From the human T2T-CHM13v2.0 reference genome, Homo sapiens: 64,000 nucleotides of DNA. Below are positions 1 to 17,758 of the stretch, piece after piece (the first letter of the stretch is position 1; every line of letters starts with the position of its first letter). The DNA is taken from the NCBI RefSeq assembly GCF_009914755.1, contig NC_060936.1, one strand, 5' to 3'. The notes beneath the pieces are model-generated. The model saw only the letters and a program-made list of their open reading frames with translations. It was not told where the DNA came from and did no database searches. Both the position numbers and the translations under genes were made by a program.

Positions 1-910
1 AGGGACTTCTTCACATCTGGTCACATCTGGGATACAGAACAAAATTCCTGACCGCTGTTTTTGAGCTTAATTCAAGAAGTCAGTCTGTTCCAGGACATTG
101 CCACAGAATAGTTGACAGGATCTTTCCCCTTCTTACATACTACAAAGACTTGATTGACTTTTACAGACAGCAAGTGGTTGTTTTTGGTGGGCTCTTTAAA
201 TTACTAAATACACACATTTGTTCAATGTTGTCAGCCTAATTTTTTTTCAGTTCTGATGGTTTTTAACTTTTACTGAATACTCACAGACTGTGCACATAGT
301 CACTAAATGAGGTTAAGTTTTCATTTTCCATCTCATATAAATAGCTACTCAAGTAGATGTGGACTGGGATAGGTGTCCCCCAAACCAAAGCTATTTGGCA
401 AAGATCTGACTTTTCTTTCACAAGCAGAATGAGAGGCTAACATCTTAATGTACCATATTCATTGCAAGAAAATTATATCGTGCTTTAAATATAAGTCATT
501 AATCTCTCATTGCTGTTAAAAGTAATACTGAAATTAGGCAAATCAATCTTTTTTTTTTTTGGTGCAATATCTTTTCCTTGCTGGGTTCTTATCAATATCC
601 AATGGAATACATTTTTTCTCTTTTGGAGGGACATTGCTTATATATATTTTTGATATATCTCAAAAGATTCAGCGAAAATAGGAATATCACTAGGGCATAT
701 TCATTTACTAAAGCAAGTTTATAATAATCTATCTAAGAGGAGTGAAAAACTCTTCTCTGTTTTCTTCCAATAACTATAAGACAGCTTCAGACTCCTGACT
801 GTGGAACTGCTTGCAAAAGATTAAGGGCAATATTTAAAAGTATTAAGTTTATTTGCTTGCATGGTTTTTCATTCCACCTCCCCAAGTCACATTAGCCATG
901 CCACACCCAA

Positions 911-1096
911 GACCTTAGTTTTGCAATCACTTAACTCCTGATGTAGCAATTAAGATTATAACAGCCTTGAAGAAGATTCCAGAGCCTTCTGAAACCTCAG
1001 TTTCAGACCCTAGTTTTGCAATCGCTTAACTCCTGATGTATCAGTTAAGATTATAAAAGCCTTGAAGAAGGTTCCAGTTCCTTCTGAAACCTCAGT
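911..1096. repeat. Tandem duplication, 2 copies, 95-bp period
   Basis: 911-1001 vs 1006-1096 (gacc(t/c)tagttttgcaatc...ttctgaaacctcagt), gap-free, 8 mismatches in 91 bp. Confidence 0.95.
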
Positions 1097-1829
1097 CACA
1101 CTTTAGTCACTGGAATAGAATTCACTATTAGAAAATAAGCAGAACTCTCTCTCTCTTAGCTCCTAGAACTTTTTAAAAAAATGTTCTATTGAACGCTCAT
1201 TTCTATCTTGCTGACCCCATATTTTCTTAACTTTCAACATGACTTCTCTCATCAGGCCAAATGACTTTGCTTGTTCTTCCTTATAACTCTTTTGGTAATT
1301 CTTACATTCGTGCTATAAACCCTCATGGAATTCCCTCTTCATGATTTTCCAGTAATCCTGATTCAAGAGAATGTTTAAACCCATACCTCATAGAAAATCC
1401 TAAATCTTCCTCACTTCTCTAATAAATTCAATGTTTTGCATGCCCACAGCACTTTATATGTACAGATTTCAACATATTATCTGATATTTATTCATCTTGT
1501 CCTTAATAATTGTTCTGTAGCTTAATGAAGGCATGTTTGGTTCAACCTCTTATATCCTCATTGTCACCATTAACTTGAGACAGATAGAATGTATTTTTCT
1601 TCTGCATAATGCCATTCAAATCACAATTATTGAACACTGATAATCTGTGAAAGAGGCAAAGAAAAATATAATTAAAATTATGAAGAATTTTAAAACTTAT
1701 AGTCTGAGGAAACAAGATATAGTCTTTATTTAAAAAATAAAATGTTTAAATATTTCCTAATAAATATAGAGAATATACACAATGTGGCCATACAAATCTT
1801 CTTAAAAATAAATACTTGGGGGACTCAAC

Positions 1830-2400
1830 ATAGGGAGAAATTACTTCTAGATGGAGATGAGGACATACCATATGAAGAAAGTAGAATTTGACTTGGGAGA
1901 AGTTTTAACTTATTCATTCAACACATGTTAAGTAGCTAGTATTCATCAGATACTATGATAAACTCTGGGCTGAACAGAATTTTGCTAGATGGAGAGAAAG
2001 GAATGAAAAGTTTATTAGCAGACATGTAGTTCATAAAGGTGCTTGAACAATGGTAATGGAGCCAGTCTAGTGTCCATTTATCCATTAAGATATTCAGCAG
2101 TTATACTATTTCTATATACTGGAAAAATTTAATCATAGGTTAAAGAGATTGTGGTTAGAGACTAGACTACAGAAGAACATGGGGGCCAGGTCAGGGAGGC
2201 CTCATGTGATATCATAGGGAATCTGAAGTTCAGGATACATCTAGTGGGGAATCTTTGGAGAATTTTAAATTGGTCTGAGATTTGATCAGAATGGCCGACT
2301 TCAATGGTCAACTTGATCCTTGAAGTAATGAAGATGAAGAATGAGACAGTTAGATAAAGTTAAAAGGTTAGCTTAAAAATAGAGTTAAAATGTAATGGAA
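1830..2400 (-). mobile_element. Degraded LINE-2 fragments
   Basis: attcattcaacacatgtt tail-like motif at ~1913 and L2-like gggccaggtcagggaggcctc stretch; boundaries approximate. Confidence 0.5.
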
Positions 2401-4747
2401 GCTACCATAAACATAAGACTAAGCAAGGGAGTCAACAACTTGCTGAATACATGATTCAGTAATTCTTTCCTGGTTTCTTGCCTTTGAGGGGAAAAGCATG
2501 AAACTTGAAAGATTATACTTTTGTGTCTTCATCCAAATTCCTCTGAAGAGGAGCAGTGACACAGGAGCCAGGAAAGGCTCCCAGCCATACCACATGGGCA
2601 CCTGCTGTCTGCAAAGCTGTGACCATAGCTTTGCCCAGATGGACAAAGGGGAAATTGGTTGGCCTAAAGTGATTATAAATTGGCCCTGGAACCCCTTAGT
2701 CAGAGTTAAGTAGTAATTCTCTTTTGGGAAATGTACCTGTTATTATAATTGAAACGTAGTCAAGTTCTACAAACAATGGTTCATAGATTCACAGTAAGAA
2801 GTTCTGTTCAACATTTAAGAAAGTTCTGCTTTACTTTTCCTGTGCTTCCATTATAGACAATGTTAAGAGATAATTGAAAGTTGTGAAATCTGCATTCTGA
2901 AATTCCCTCTTCCTAAGATTTACTGTGAAAATGCTGGCACCTCAAACTGTGTTCCCTTTTCTCCTCTGAAAGCTTCTATGTCACTTTTAAGTTTTAATGT
3001 CTAATAAGTCTCTTAATATAATACATCATAACCATTTAATTTGAGGAATTGAGTAACCCCAAATGTTTTAACGTGTCTTTTGTGTTATTGTCATTTTATC
3101 ACCTTGATTTCACTCAACCTAACTAGTCTTTTCAGTTAGACTCATAATTCTAGTCTTTGATTGTTTTCCTCTTGCTTTTGCCTTGTTTGATTTGTAATAC
3201 TGATTTCCCTTCACCACTGACAACCTCTTTTAATTACTTTTAGTATATACTGCATTGGGTCCCAAATCACTGTTTTTTCTTTTCCCTTAACTCCTAGTAA
3301 AATTTTATCCTGTTAAGTAGCTGTTTCCTAATTTTGTATAATCATGTAAAACTATCTACCAAAACATTCCACCTGAATTCATTCAATTTGACCCAGTTAG
3401 GCCAAATGTATTATGCAATTAAATATATAATCTAAGATACAAACACATACAAACATATCTGATATATTTGTAGTCAGTGGTCTTGTTTAATCCATCACAG
3501 TATTACCTGTTTAAGGAAAGTAATTATATCAATTTTAATTATCTTAAAGTAATGTAGCACTGATCTATAAATTTCTCATAGATGTGAACTAAATATGAGA
3601 TAAAGATGATATCATAACTTGGTACAAGACTTGTGTCTCTTTTTCAGTTACTGAGCTAGCTAAGCTTTTGTCTAATTTCTTCTGTAAACATGACTAGATA
3701 GGATTACATTTATGAAGGAGAAATATACAGCCAAATTAATAAACATATACAAAAAGTCTCTGATACTACAAATACCATTTTTTTCTGAAAAGAATAGCAT
3801 ATTTTTGAAGGAGTATCTGATGAATATACATTGAATGAGATGAAAACATTCAATTTAGTGTTTCAATGTAAATATTGTAGCACTAAAGAACTACATAAAG
3901 TTTTAATTATAACATCCATTTGAAGAAATGCCATTTTATTTTGTTGTACCTTGTAGATGTCCAAGGGGTTGATAAAAATGTGTCAACACGATAAGGGAGA
4001 CACTAAAATGTTATGCCAAAAATAGACTTTTCCCACTAACACTGGGTTAGTGAAACTCAACATGCCAACATCTATCTCCAACTACAGATTTGATCCATTT
4101 TATTTGTTTTTCTTTTTGTTTTTCTTTTTTGGAAGTTAAAGTTGTTATTGACCCTGGCATAAGTATACATTATTGGGGTTTGGTTCATTCCAAACAACAT
4201 ACACTAAGCTTTTCTAAGTAGAGGTTTAACTTGAAAATGATATAGAAATGCCACTTTGGTTATAGACATGTGAGAGAAAAAAGAAGATTCTGCCTTTCCT
4301 GTGACAGTGCCTTCCACATCAAGGGCAGTGGGTCAGAAAGGTTGCTGGTGTCTTTCCTTTTTTGTTTTGCACCTCAGAAGACTCCCTCTCACCCTCTCCT
4401 TTCATTTTCCTCCATAAATAAAGAGGGTCACAAAATCACAAATTTAAGATGTTTTAGTTTGAGTAATTGTAGGCTTAATCTGTGTGTGTGTGTAAATCCA
4501 GGAAGAGGTGTGGCATTTGGCGAGACACCCTACGTAGACCTGATTTCATGAGGATCATGATAGAGTCATCCATCCTGCTGAGATAGTAATCTGTGTTTTC
4601 TTCTTGTTCAATATCCGCTCCATTTGAAGAAGCTAGGCAAACACTTCATACTCAGGAGAAAGCCGTGTAGTGCATTCTGCTCCAAATTTCTCTTTCTGAC
4701 TTTCTTTTTGGAACCTAAGATATGTCAAAATAATATGGTGAGCATCA

Positions 4748-4777
4748 AAAAAAAAAAAAAAAAAGAAGAAGAAGAAG
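4748..4777. repeat. Poly(A) plus (GAA)n simple repeat
   Basis: A run followed by gaagaagaagaag. Confidence 0.9.
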
Positions 4778-5404
4778 CATCAGGACAGAGGGGAGATAAT
4801 TTTGCCTCAATCCAAAGTAGAAGCTAGATGCTCATTGGCTCTGTGAGCGGTGCAGACCAAGAGCCATGAAATACCCAGGGAAATAAACAGGAAACAGATC
4901 AAGGAAGACTCTACATTGGCGCTAGTATTCTCAGCCCTATCAAACGTCTCTTTGCTCAGGAAGCCATTGAAAAAACTTTTGGGCAGCAAGGAACCCCTGG
5001 ATCTTGGACAATTGATGTCTAAATGGTAACTCAGCATAGACAAAGGGCCCTTGGACCTTGAATAATCTGAGTGGGAAGAGAGAAATAAGCTAATAACTAA
5101 AACTTAATTTTTTGCCAGAGACAGAGAATCAATGTCAGACTTATTCTGATTTAAAGGGAAACATGACATATGATATTTCTTAACATCCAATTTATGGAGA
5201 AAGTATCACATCAGATACAATAATAGTATGTGTCTCTATGCTGAACCCATTGGTAAAATCATAATACTTATTTATAATTATTTGTAATTAACTCATTAGT
5301 TCAGGCTAATTATCCTGAATTTTTTTAAGAGGAACAAACACCATGATCTTCCAGTTTGTCCCATGTTAAGGTAGACAATGCCACTACAGTGTGCATTCCT
5401 TATG

Positions 5405-5539
5405 GTAGATACAACACATATCCTGCTTTGCCAGAGGCAGTCCTGGTTCATGCAAATTGTCCTGGAATAATTATTAATAGTATCCACTTTCACACTCAAG
5501 AGTGTCCTGCTTTGAATTATAAATGATTTGGTCATCCTA
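5405..5539. mobile_element. MER94-like hAT-Blackjack MITE
   Basis: gtcctggaataattattaatagtatccactttcacactcaagagtgtcc...tggtcatccta matches remembered MER94 consensus including the TGGTCACCCTA terminus. Confidence 0.7.
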
Positions 5540-5799
5540 CACATAAAATATTCTGGCTTTGGAACAGTTACTTTATTATTATTTTTTTGCTGGATATATG
5601 AAGTTGTTCCTACTTCTTCATAGTATGTCATTAGTATTTTCTAACTCTCCCTTAAGCAGGAAATGTGTACTAGTCTGTTATTAATACGTTTAGATATTTA
5701 TAAGAAACAAGAAAAAAAACAGCCAGAATAGAGAGGCGAAAATGTTGTTATAAATTTGTTAACCTACTTTTTAAGTTTAATAAGAATTAATTTTCTGAT

Positions 5800-6800
5800 C
5801 TGTAGGAGAACACAGAAAAATTAATGAGAAACTTCAGCCTGGTACATTTTCTGATTTTACATAAATCAAGTACAAAAATGAAAAAAAGCTTGAAATGTCA
5901 TTTGATACTATGCACAAATTAGTACAAGACATTGTACAAATTATTTGTATTTCTCAGATAACATAGAACTTTCAATTACTTAAACAAACAAAAGTAATGG
6001 GTGGCTTTTTAATGTCAGTGCCAAAAGGGTTAGATGCAATGATACCTTGTGCTCCCATTATTAGGAGTGAAAATTATGAAACATAAAATAATACTGTATA
6101 GAAGAGCTATTAACCAGAGGTATACACCAATTTAACCAGAATGATAATCATGCTTCATGAAAGCTCTTGGGGAAAATAAAGAAACATTTAATCATTGGTG
6201 GGGAAATTATTTTTAAAAAAAAGCATTATAAAACTGTTTTACAAAATAAAGCATTTAAAATAATAAAAAGCAACAGAATATTTTATCAAAGAGTGTTGAA
6301 AAAACAAATGAAAAAAAAACTACTACTCTCAGAATGTTTTCCACTATTAATTATAAAGTTAAAAAGAATACCAATCCAAATGTGTCATCACAGTCTAGAT
6401 TTATAGTGTCATTTGAACTATGGAATGAAAAAACATTTTGCAGCAAACTTTTGAAATGAGGAAATAAAATGTTGATTATCATTGGCAAAACTTCAACTGT
6501 TCCACATAATAATGCTTTAATAATTGATTTTAAATGAAAAATTCATGATTTGGAAGATAATTTAATAGTTTTGTTGAACTTGTGAGCTACAAGAAGCAAT
6601 ATCTGCAATAATATATCAGACTCAACTCATCATTAAATAAACAATGTTATCAGTGAAACATCACTATAGGAAAGCCTCATTATTGTCTGTAGAGGGAAAT
6701 ATGTAATACTCTGGAGAAAGTCTGGAGCTTTGTCAAATTTTTGAAAATAAATTATTGATGTTTTTATTTCTACCGACGATTATTGCATTCAATTATAGAA
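5800..6800 (+). mobile_element. Possible heavily decayed hAT (Tip100/Zaphod-like) transposase remnant
   Basis: 6304-6366 reads TNEKKTTTLRMFSTINYKVKK; 6643-6693 reads NVISETSL*ESLIIVCR, resembling the hAT DE(S/T)T...L.I.VR motif; edges uncertain. Confidence 0.35.
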
Positions 6801-7419
6801 TAATGTAATAAAATACATAAATCAAGTAACTCACTTTAGCTCCATTTTTATGAAAAAACTTGTATGTGTATTTGCTATTATACATCAGATAAACAGCAGA
6901 GATAATTAAATAATGTATCTGACAATATGGGAACTGAAATAATGAAAATTGAAAAAATATTAAAATCTGACACACAATGATCTCCTGCTCTCCTGAACTC
7001 TACAGATTGCCATTTATTTGCTACTAATCATTTATTACCTTGCATAATTCATAACACATAATATCTTGTTCATTTTATTTACCAATACCAGTAGAGTAAA
7101 GTACAATTTATAATAGAAATGTTATTCCAATAGTTCTTTGATATGGTATTATTATGTTTCATCAAAGGACCTACAAAATTAGTTTGCTGATACAAACGTA
7201 ACTTAGTAGAAGGTGGGTATCATCAAATATCCCGCAAAAAGTCATCTAGGAAATATGTAATTCATATAGGTAGTCTTGCACTTGACACAAATGGGGAGAA
7301 GCTCTTCAATTCAAAGGTATCCATGATTCCACTTACAACATTTAATAGATAGAAATTGGAAACAACACACATTTTCAATGACAGGGTTGAGTTAAGTAAA
7401 TTATGATAAATCCAGACAA

Positions 7420-7505
7420 TACAACAGCAAACCCCCTTGACACAAGTTTATGTATGTGAAAAACATGCACTTGAACCCCTGAACTTAAAAGTAAAAAAAA
7501 AAAAA
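7420..7505 (+). mobile_element. Short 3' end of an older L1PA (about PA13-16) with poly(A)
   Basis: caaacccccttgacacaagttta...cccctgaacttaaaagt followed by an A tract. Confidence 0.7.
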
Positions 7506-7517
7506 GATGGCTGATAA

Positions 7518-11138
<3,621 letters not shown>

Positions 11139-12585
11139 AAGAATATTTTATACAAGTTTTAATAACACAGGAATATGTTGTTACTCTATGATGTTAAATT
11201 GAGCAACCTAAGATACAAAGCCATGTATACAGTATAATGTTACTTTTATATATAAGTGGGCGTGGGGGCATGTTTGTAATTATACAAAAAGTTTTAAATA
11301 TTAAAGTGAATGTCCTATAGCTGGTAGTTATCAGTGACCATATTATTGTATTTTTCTGTTTGTTTTCTCTTTTATTTTCTACCTTTTCTACAATGAGTAT
11401 GTAAAATTCCTAATCAGAAATACACATTCATCGGTCATAGACTCTTTTACACACCTATTTGACAAAGCTGGAAAATGAGATGTTATGGTAGGCTGCCCAA
11501 GGAGAATCCAACCCACAGGCCAAGGTTATAATTAACAATATAGTTAAAACCTACTACCCACTGTTACCACCAATTATTATCTCATTGCCAACAAGAAAAA
11601 ATATTTGACCCAGCTCAAAATGTCCTCCTAGGTTTGAGAGCTTGACACTGTAGTCTCAAAATTTAATATGTATTTTCTCTGTTGCTATTTAGATACTTAT
11701 TGGTGATTGGAATCCTACCTTGCATATTTTTTTGAAAAGCTTAAATAAAAGAACATAGGAAACACACATAGCTAGTGGCTGCCTTATGATAGATGATAAA
11801 TAAGTGTTAGCTAATCATTGATTTTCTAAAATTTATGCTTAATTGCAGAAAGCTGTCTGATCTCTTAGGACTGAGACTTGGGCCTTCAATGGACCATTTG
11901 TTTAGTACCTTTTACATTTCCATTGATATGGCCTTGGAGTTCTAGTAGATGATATATATCAAGCCTGAACACTGATTAGTCAGTGTTAAGATTTTGTCAA
12001 TTCAGAGTACTCTAGCACAAAGCTACCAGATTGTACTACCTGAGAGTAGTGAGTAGAGGAAATTTCAAGTAACCTCCAAAAAGTAAGGTAAAATGTACCC
12101 AAAAGTTAAAGCAAAACTTCTAGTAAAATAACAATAGCAGACTGTATAGTTATGAACTGTGAAAATTAAATAGCCATAGCGTACTTTATCTCTTCATTTA
12201 ATCATTAATATTATTCATTTTATCATTGATTAAACAACTATTTACTAATTATTAAAAGTGAGGAACATTTGGGATATATTTCTGAACAAAATAGACATTG
12301 TTTCTGACTTTGTGGAGTTCACAGTCTAGGAGGTGAATTATCAATAATAAGGTACAATTTTGAGCATGCATAAGAACACTTAAGAACCATGAGTCCAACA
12401 AAAAATGATGACAAACTGAAATAGCGAAGAAGAACCTAATGTATTCAGAACAATGTATGCTTGTTTGGACATTGAACTTTTGAGCTGTACCCACAAATAA
12501 CAAACATTAAACATTCTTTATGCAAACATTTATTAAATCCTAACAATGTACCAGCTGTTATAAAAACAAAAAGATAGAGTTCCTC

Positions 12586-12945
12586 TGCATTAATCCATTC
12601 TTATGCTGCTATAAAGAACTACCTGAAACTGGGTAATTTATGAAGAAAAGAGGTCTAATTGACTCACAAGTTCTGCAGGCTTAACGGGAAGGATGGCTGG
12701 GAGGCCTCAGGAAACTTACAATTATGGTAGAAGGACAAAGAGGAAGCACACACCTTCACATGAGGCGGAAGAGAGAGAGGCAGGGGGAAGTGCCACACAC
12801 TTTTAAACCATCAGATCTCGTGAGAACTCACTATCTTGACAACAGAAAGGCGGAAATCCACCCCTTTGATTCAATCACCACTCAACAGGCCCTTCCTTCA
12901 ATTCGACATGAGATTTGGTCGAGGACACAAATCCAAACCATATCA
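12586..12945 (-). mobile_element. MSTA-like solo LTR (ERVL-MaLR)
   Basis: TG...CA ends (tgcattaatccattc...ccaaaccatatca), typical gggtaatttatgaagaaaagagg and catcagatctcgtgagaactcac; 5-bp TSD tcctc/ccctc. Confidence 0.9.
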
Positions 12946-13069
12946 CCCTCCAATATAGACATAATGGGCATATGGAATAATCATGATTGTTACTATTAGT
13001 TTTGAAGATCAAGAATAAAGGTGATGTAGAAAAGAAAAAGATATAGGGAGAAAAAAGGGAAACCACTTT

Positions 13070-13262
13070 TTATGCATTAAATACCTTGGGCCTGATACTA
13101 TGCTTAGCACTTTACATATTATTTCACTTAATACCTATAATGGCTAAGGAAGTTATATATAACTATTCCATATTCATGATGAGAAAACAGGATAAGAAGA
13201 CAGGTACCTTGCCAAAAGCTATCAGCTAATTAGTGTTAAAGCTAGAATTTGAAGCCCAGGCA
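13070..13262 (-). mobile_element. MIR SINE
   Basis: Core gatgagaaaacagg...cttgccaaaagctatcagctaattagtg...gaatttgaagcccaggcag. Confidence 0.7.
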
Positions 13263-13489
13263 GGATTATTTTTTCACTTACATTTTTTTTTTTTTTTGCT
13301 TTTTACATTTCTATTTTTATTTTACAATTAAAATAAGCAAAATAGAATGTTGTTTTGATTGCACTTCTTTGCTTATTAGAAAGTTGAAAATTTTTGAAAT
13401 ATGCTATCAGCCATTTCTACTTTTTCCAATGGAATTGTTTGTTAATATCCTTAGTCTCTCTTTTATTGGAGTTGTTAAGGGTTTGTTGT

Positions 13490-14400
13490 TTTTTTTTTTT
13501 TAATTTTACTTTAAGTTCTGGGATGCACGTGCAGAATGTGCAGGTTTGTGACATAGATTGTATGTGCCATGGTGGTTTGCTGCACTTCTCAACCCGTCAT
13601 CTAGGTTTTAAGCCCCACATGCATTAGGTGTTTGTCCTAATGCTCTCCCTCCCCTTTCTCCCCACCCTCCAACAGGCCCTGGTATGTGTTGTTCCCCTCC
13701 CTGTGTCCATGTGTTCTCATTGTTCAACTCCCACTATGATTGAGAAGATGCGGTGTTTGGTTTTCTGTTCCTGTGTTAGGTTGCTGAGGATGACGGCTTC
13801 CAGCTTCATTCATGTCTGTGCAGAGGACATGATCTCATTCTTTTTATGACTGCATAGTATTCCATGGTGTATATGTACCACATTTTCTTTATCCAGTCTA
13901 TCATTGATGGGCATTTGGGTTGGTTCCACGACTTTGTTATCGTAAATAGTGCTGTAATAAAAATACATGTGCATGTGTCTTTATAGTAGAATGATTTATA
14001 TTCCTTTTGATATATACCCAGTAATGGGATTGCTGGGTCAAATGGTATTTCTGGTTCTAGATCCTTGAGGAGTTGCCACACTGACTTCCACAATGGTTGA
14101 ACTAATTTACATTCCCACCAGCAGCGTAAAAGCATTCCTGTTTCTCCACAGCCTCCCCAGCATCTACTGTTTCCTGACATTTTAATGATCACCATTCTCA
14201 CTGGCATGAGATGGTATCTCACTGTGGGCTTGATTTGAATTTCTCTCATGATCACTAAGGATGAGCCTTTTTTCATATGTTTGTTGGCTGCATAAATGTC
14301 TTCTTTTGAGAAGTTTCTGTTCATATCCTTTGCCTGCTTTTTGATGGGGTTGTTTTATTTTCTTGTAAATTTGTTTAAGTTCCTTATAGATTCTGGATAT
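13490..14400 (-). mobile_element. LINE-1 3' fragment (about L1PA8-10)
   Basis: Poly(T), reverse 3'UTR (ttactttaagttctgggat), ORF 13806-14324 encodes the ORF2 C-terminus (WNQPKCPSMIDWIKKMW); no TSD found. Confidence 0.93.
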
Positions 14401-16677
14401 ACTTATATCTTAAACCATAGCAATTACATCATTTCCTTTGTGTCTTGAAAACATAAAAAATGTCTAGTGTAATGGAGTGAAAAATTACATACATTGTAAA
14501 TACTGTGGATAAAAATTGCCAATAGATATTCAATTTCAAAATAATATCTGAGAAACATAGGATCTGTTATAGTTCAGTGGACAAAATAATGAAAGAATAA
14601 ATGAATGAATGAATGAATGACCAAATACTGAAATTTAGGTAATTTTAAAATGTCTCCACAACTCCCAGCTTAGTTTTATATGGGTTGTCTGGTTTTCACA
14701 TAACTTTATACTATAGTAAGCCAATTAAAAATATATATTAATAGCACCATTTACACATCTTAGGGCAAATCAAGTATTATTTAATGACCAAGTTAAGAGT
14801 TACATTTTTAAATCTAAAAAAATATGTACACCTTTAGGTCATCATTTCCCTTGGAGGAAGAGAAATTAAGCTAACCCCTATATAAATGAAATGTTTTATA
14901 ATTATCCTATAATTTTCACTTATTATGTATTTTATATTTGAGGCTTTAAACTGGATAAACGAAAATATGTCAGTAGTTGAGGGTTTGAAGAAATCTAAAA
15001 TTTTAGAGCCTGTTAGTTTAGGCGTAGAGCTATGCAAAATACTTTTTGCTCCTGGCAAAAACAATGGGAAAAAAAGCATTAGTCTCTCCAGTGTGATTTT
15101 TTTGGTACATCCCACTCTAGGGAAGTCCAGAAACACAAAGTGAGATCAGAATTTTTTACTAATTTCTTGCCCTTCTGTTTCTCTCCAACCTGGCAATGAG
15201 CTGTGGAAAACATATTTGTGCAAGGCCAATGTGAACTTTTTCTGAACCTCTCAAGACATCCACTCTTACTCACAGAAAAACAGTACTTTATGGTTCTTTT
15301 TTAACATCAACTATTGAAGCCACGAATGAATGGTACAATGACTTCTCCCAGTCCCTGCCCAATCAAAATTCATTTTCTTTTCTTTACTTATCACACTTTA
15401 AATAATATTATGCCAATATCTAGATTTATAGGATGCTTAACAGAAGACATGAAATCAGTTTTGTTGTCAGAATGAAATGGCTGATACTCCTAAAAATGTC
15501 TCTTTTCTGTCTCCCAAGCTATTTATGCCAAAACTACATTGAAATAGAATGATGCTTAATTGACTGAATACAATGAATTCTTTTTTAAAAGGTCAATGTC
15601 TTTTATCGTGTTTTATCTTTCTTAAACTCCAAAGTTTTTTGATCATTTGAGAGTGGCAATGCAAAAGAGTTAGAGATTGTTTATTTTATTTTATGAATGG
15701 AAAAAAACTGAAATGAAGACAAGAGGCAGTATTTGTTTGCACTATGTTTACTAGAGTCCCAGGAGTTTTTCAAAGATTTAATGTTTTTTTTCTAATACAG
15801 TGCTCCCCAAAGACCAGTTTGGTTAATAAAAATGATAATCTGCACAATAGCTAATGCAAAATAATTTACTCACATATAAACTAAAAAGAAGGATCCTTCT
15901 AGGAAGAAAGTAATACACTGAAGGCAAACCAACAGTATCTCTGAAATTAAGGAAAGGGCAAAGAAAGCAAAGAGGAATTATTCTCCCATCCATCTCTCCA
16001 CAAATCCTCTGCTGCAGTGCTTGAAGGGATGCTGCATAGTTTTCAGGGATTATCTCTTGACGTTACGGATTTTCAACTAAGGGTATTATTATGCTCTGGA
16101 AAAGAGAGGCTTAGACATAGGAACTGTTATTTTTTCCACTCAATTATTTCACAGAAACCTTGGATTTTTAAATTTTATTTTTAGAAGTCATGGGCTGATA
16201 GCATTACAGTCAGCATAGTTATTTGTTTGGAATATTTTCAGAAATATCTTGAGATTTATATTATTCTTTGATTTTTTTTCTAAACAAAATGAGTTTAGAG
16301 CTTAACATTATAGCACGTAAAACATAAGCTACATGATTTGGGCACCACTGATCCAGACCATATGTTCTACTCAGCTTAAATGTGATATGGGCTGCTGTTT
16401 CCATTGTGCTGTGCCTTGAGAAACATCAGGTTTCCATTCCAATTTCCTTATATATTTTCCAGTGCTTACAAGTACAAAGAATAATTGCTTTGGAATTTTT
16501 TCTGAAGCTCTCCCGTTTGCTTTCCTATCTTCAAGATATCTCTAAATTCATCCCTTCCTGATACAGGAGCATATATCTTGTTTTATAGTGCATCAGAGAA
16601 GATTCCTTTACTTCCTAGAACATTACAAGGTTGAATATTTCTTTATGCAGTTCAATACAGCGTGGAATATCATAATG

Positions 16678-16916
16678 CAGGGATTAGTAAACTTTTTCTG
16701 TAAAAAAATATTTTAGGCTTTGTTACCTCATATAGTCTCTGGTGGGACTAGTCAACTATTTGAATGTCATGCAAGTTTCACATGTCATCAAACATTATTT
16801 TTTAATTTTTTATACCTCTAAGTGGTTAAATATATTACAATCATTCTTAGCTCATGGGTCATACAACAAAAGCCTAAGACTATATATTTTCTTGAGTCGT
16901 AGTTTGCCAACCTCTG
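16678..16916. mobile_element. MER58-like hAT-Charlie MITE
   Basis: Imperfect TIRs cagggattagtaaact ... agtttgccaacctctg. Confidence 0.7.
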
Positions 16917-17748
16917 ATCTGGTGCATTGGTTAGAAACCGAAAGACTGAAATTAGCCATTCTTGATTAGAACGAAAATTCCACCATTTATTGTACAGCCT
17001 TAGGCAAAAAGCAAAAAAAAAAAAAAAACAAACAAAAAAAAAACTCTTGAGCCTTAATGTATCCTTTTTTAAAGGCACGACAATGCCTATTTAATAATGT
17101 TAAGAGTTAAATAAATTTAAGTTCTTAACATGTACTCATTGAAGTCACTTTATTGTTGTGCTAAAATGTTTTCAGGTAGAGAAGTAAATCTGTGTCACCT
17201 TGTTTCTTTCTCTGTGTAAACAGACAATAGCCAATTCCTACCTTTGGTTAACAACTTTCAACAAAACTTGAAGCTTCTTCCTGTCATTCTCTTTTCTGCC
17301 TCAAACCATGCTGATTCTTCTAGCTTTCACTTAAAGAGATGTTTTTCTCCAACTCTTTAATAATAATCTGAGATTCTTTCAAACCCTCTGAAATGTTTCA
17401 TATTCCTCTGAAATTATGGTGCCAAGAACAGACTGAGTTTTATGACAAAGTCTGCAGCCATGTATTCAAAGTTTTTGCATAACCACATGAAACATTCCCA
17501 GAGTAAGCATCTCTGATTAATATTTTCTGAAAATATGAGTATCATACCTAACAATTTCTCTTTTCCGGGGGTAAGGTGCTTTGCATATTATTAAATATTC
17601 ATCTCGCTATTTATGATTGTAGTGGTATTTACTGTTTTATTTAATTCAAAGTCCTGTTGATGTTTTACAGGCTATACTGTTTGATTTCGTATTTCTTCAA
17701 TGACTTACCTCAGCCATAATCTTAAGAACTGCCCTTTAGATGGGGTGG

Positions 17749-17758
17749 CAAGATGGCC
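17749..17758 (+). promoter_or_regulatory. YY1 site of the L1 internal promoter
   Basis: CAAGATGGCC at the canonical position near the L1 5' end; activity unknown. Confidence 0.6.

Noticed and set aside
2420-2760. Possible old LTR16/MLT-like fragment and overlapping 71-75 aa ORFs
   Set aside because: Resemblance too vague to name; the ORFs have no recognisable homology.
4838-4858. REST/RE1-like motif ggctctgtgagcggtgcagac, inside a small tggctct/agagcca hairpin
   Set aside because: Only 15/21 match, with mismatches in both core half-sites; a 7-bp stem is expected by chance.
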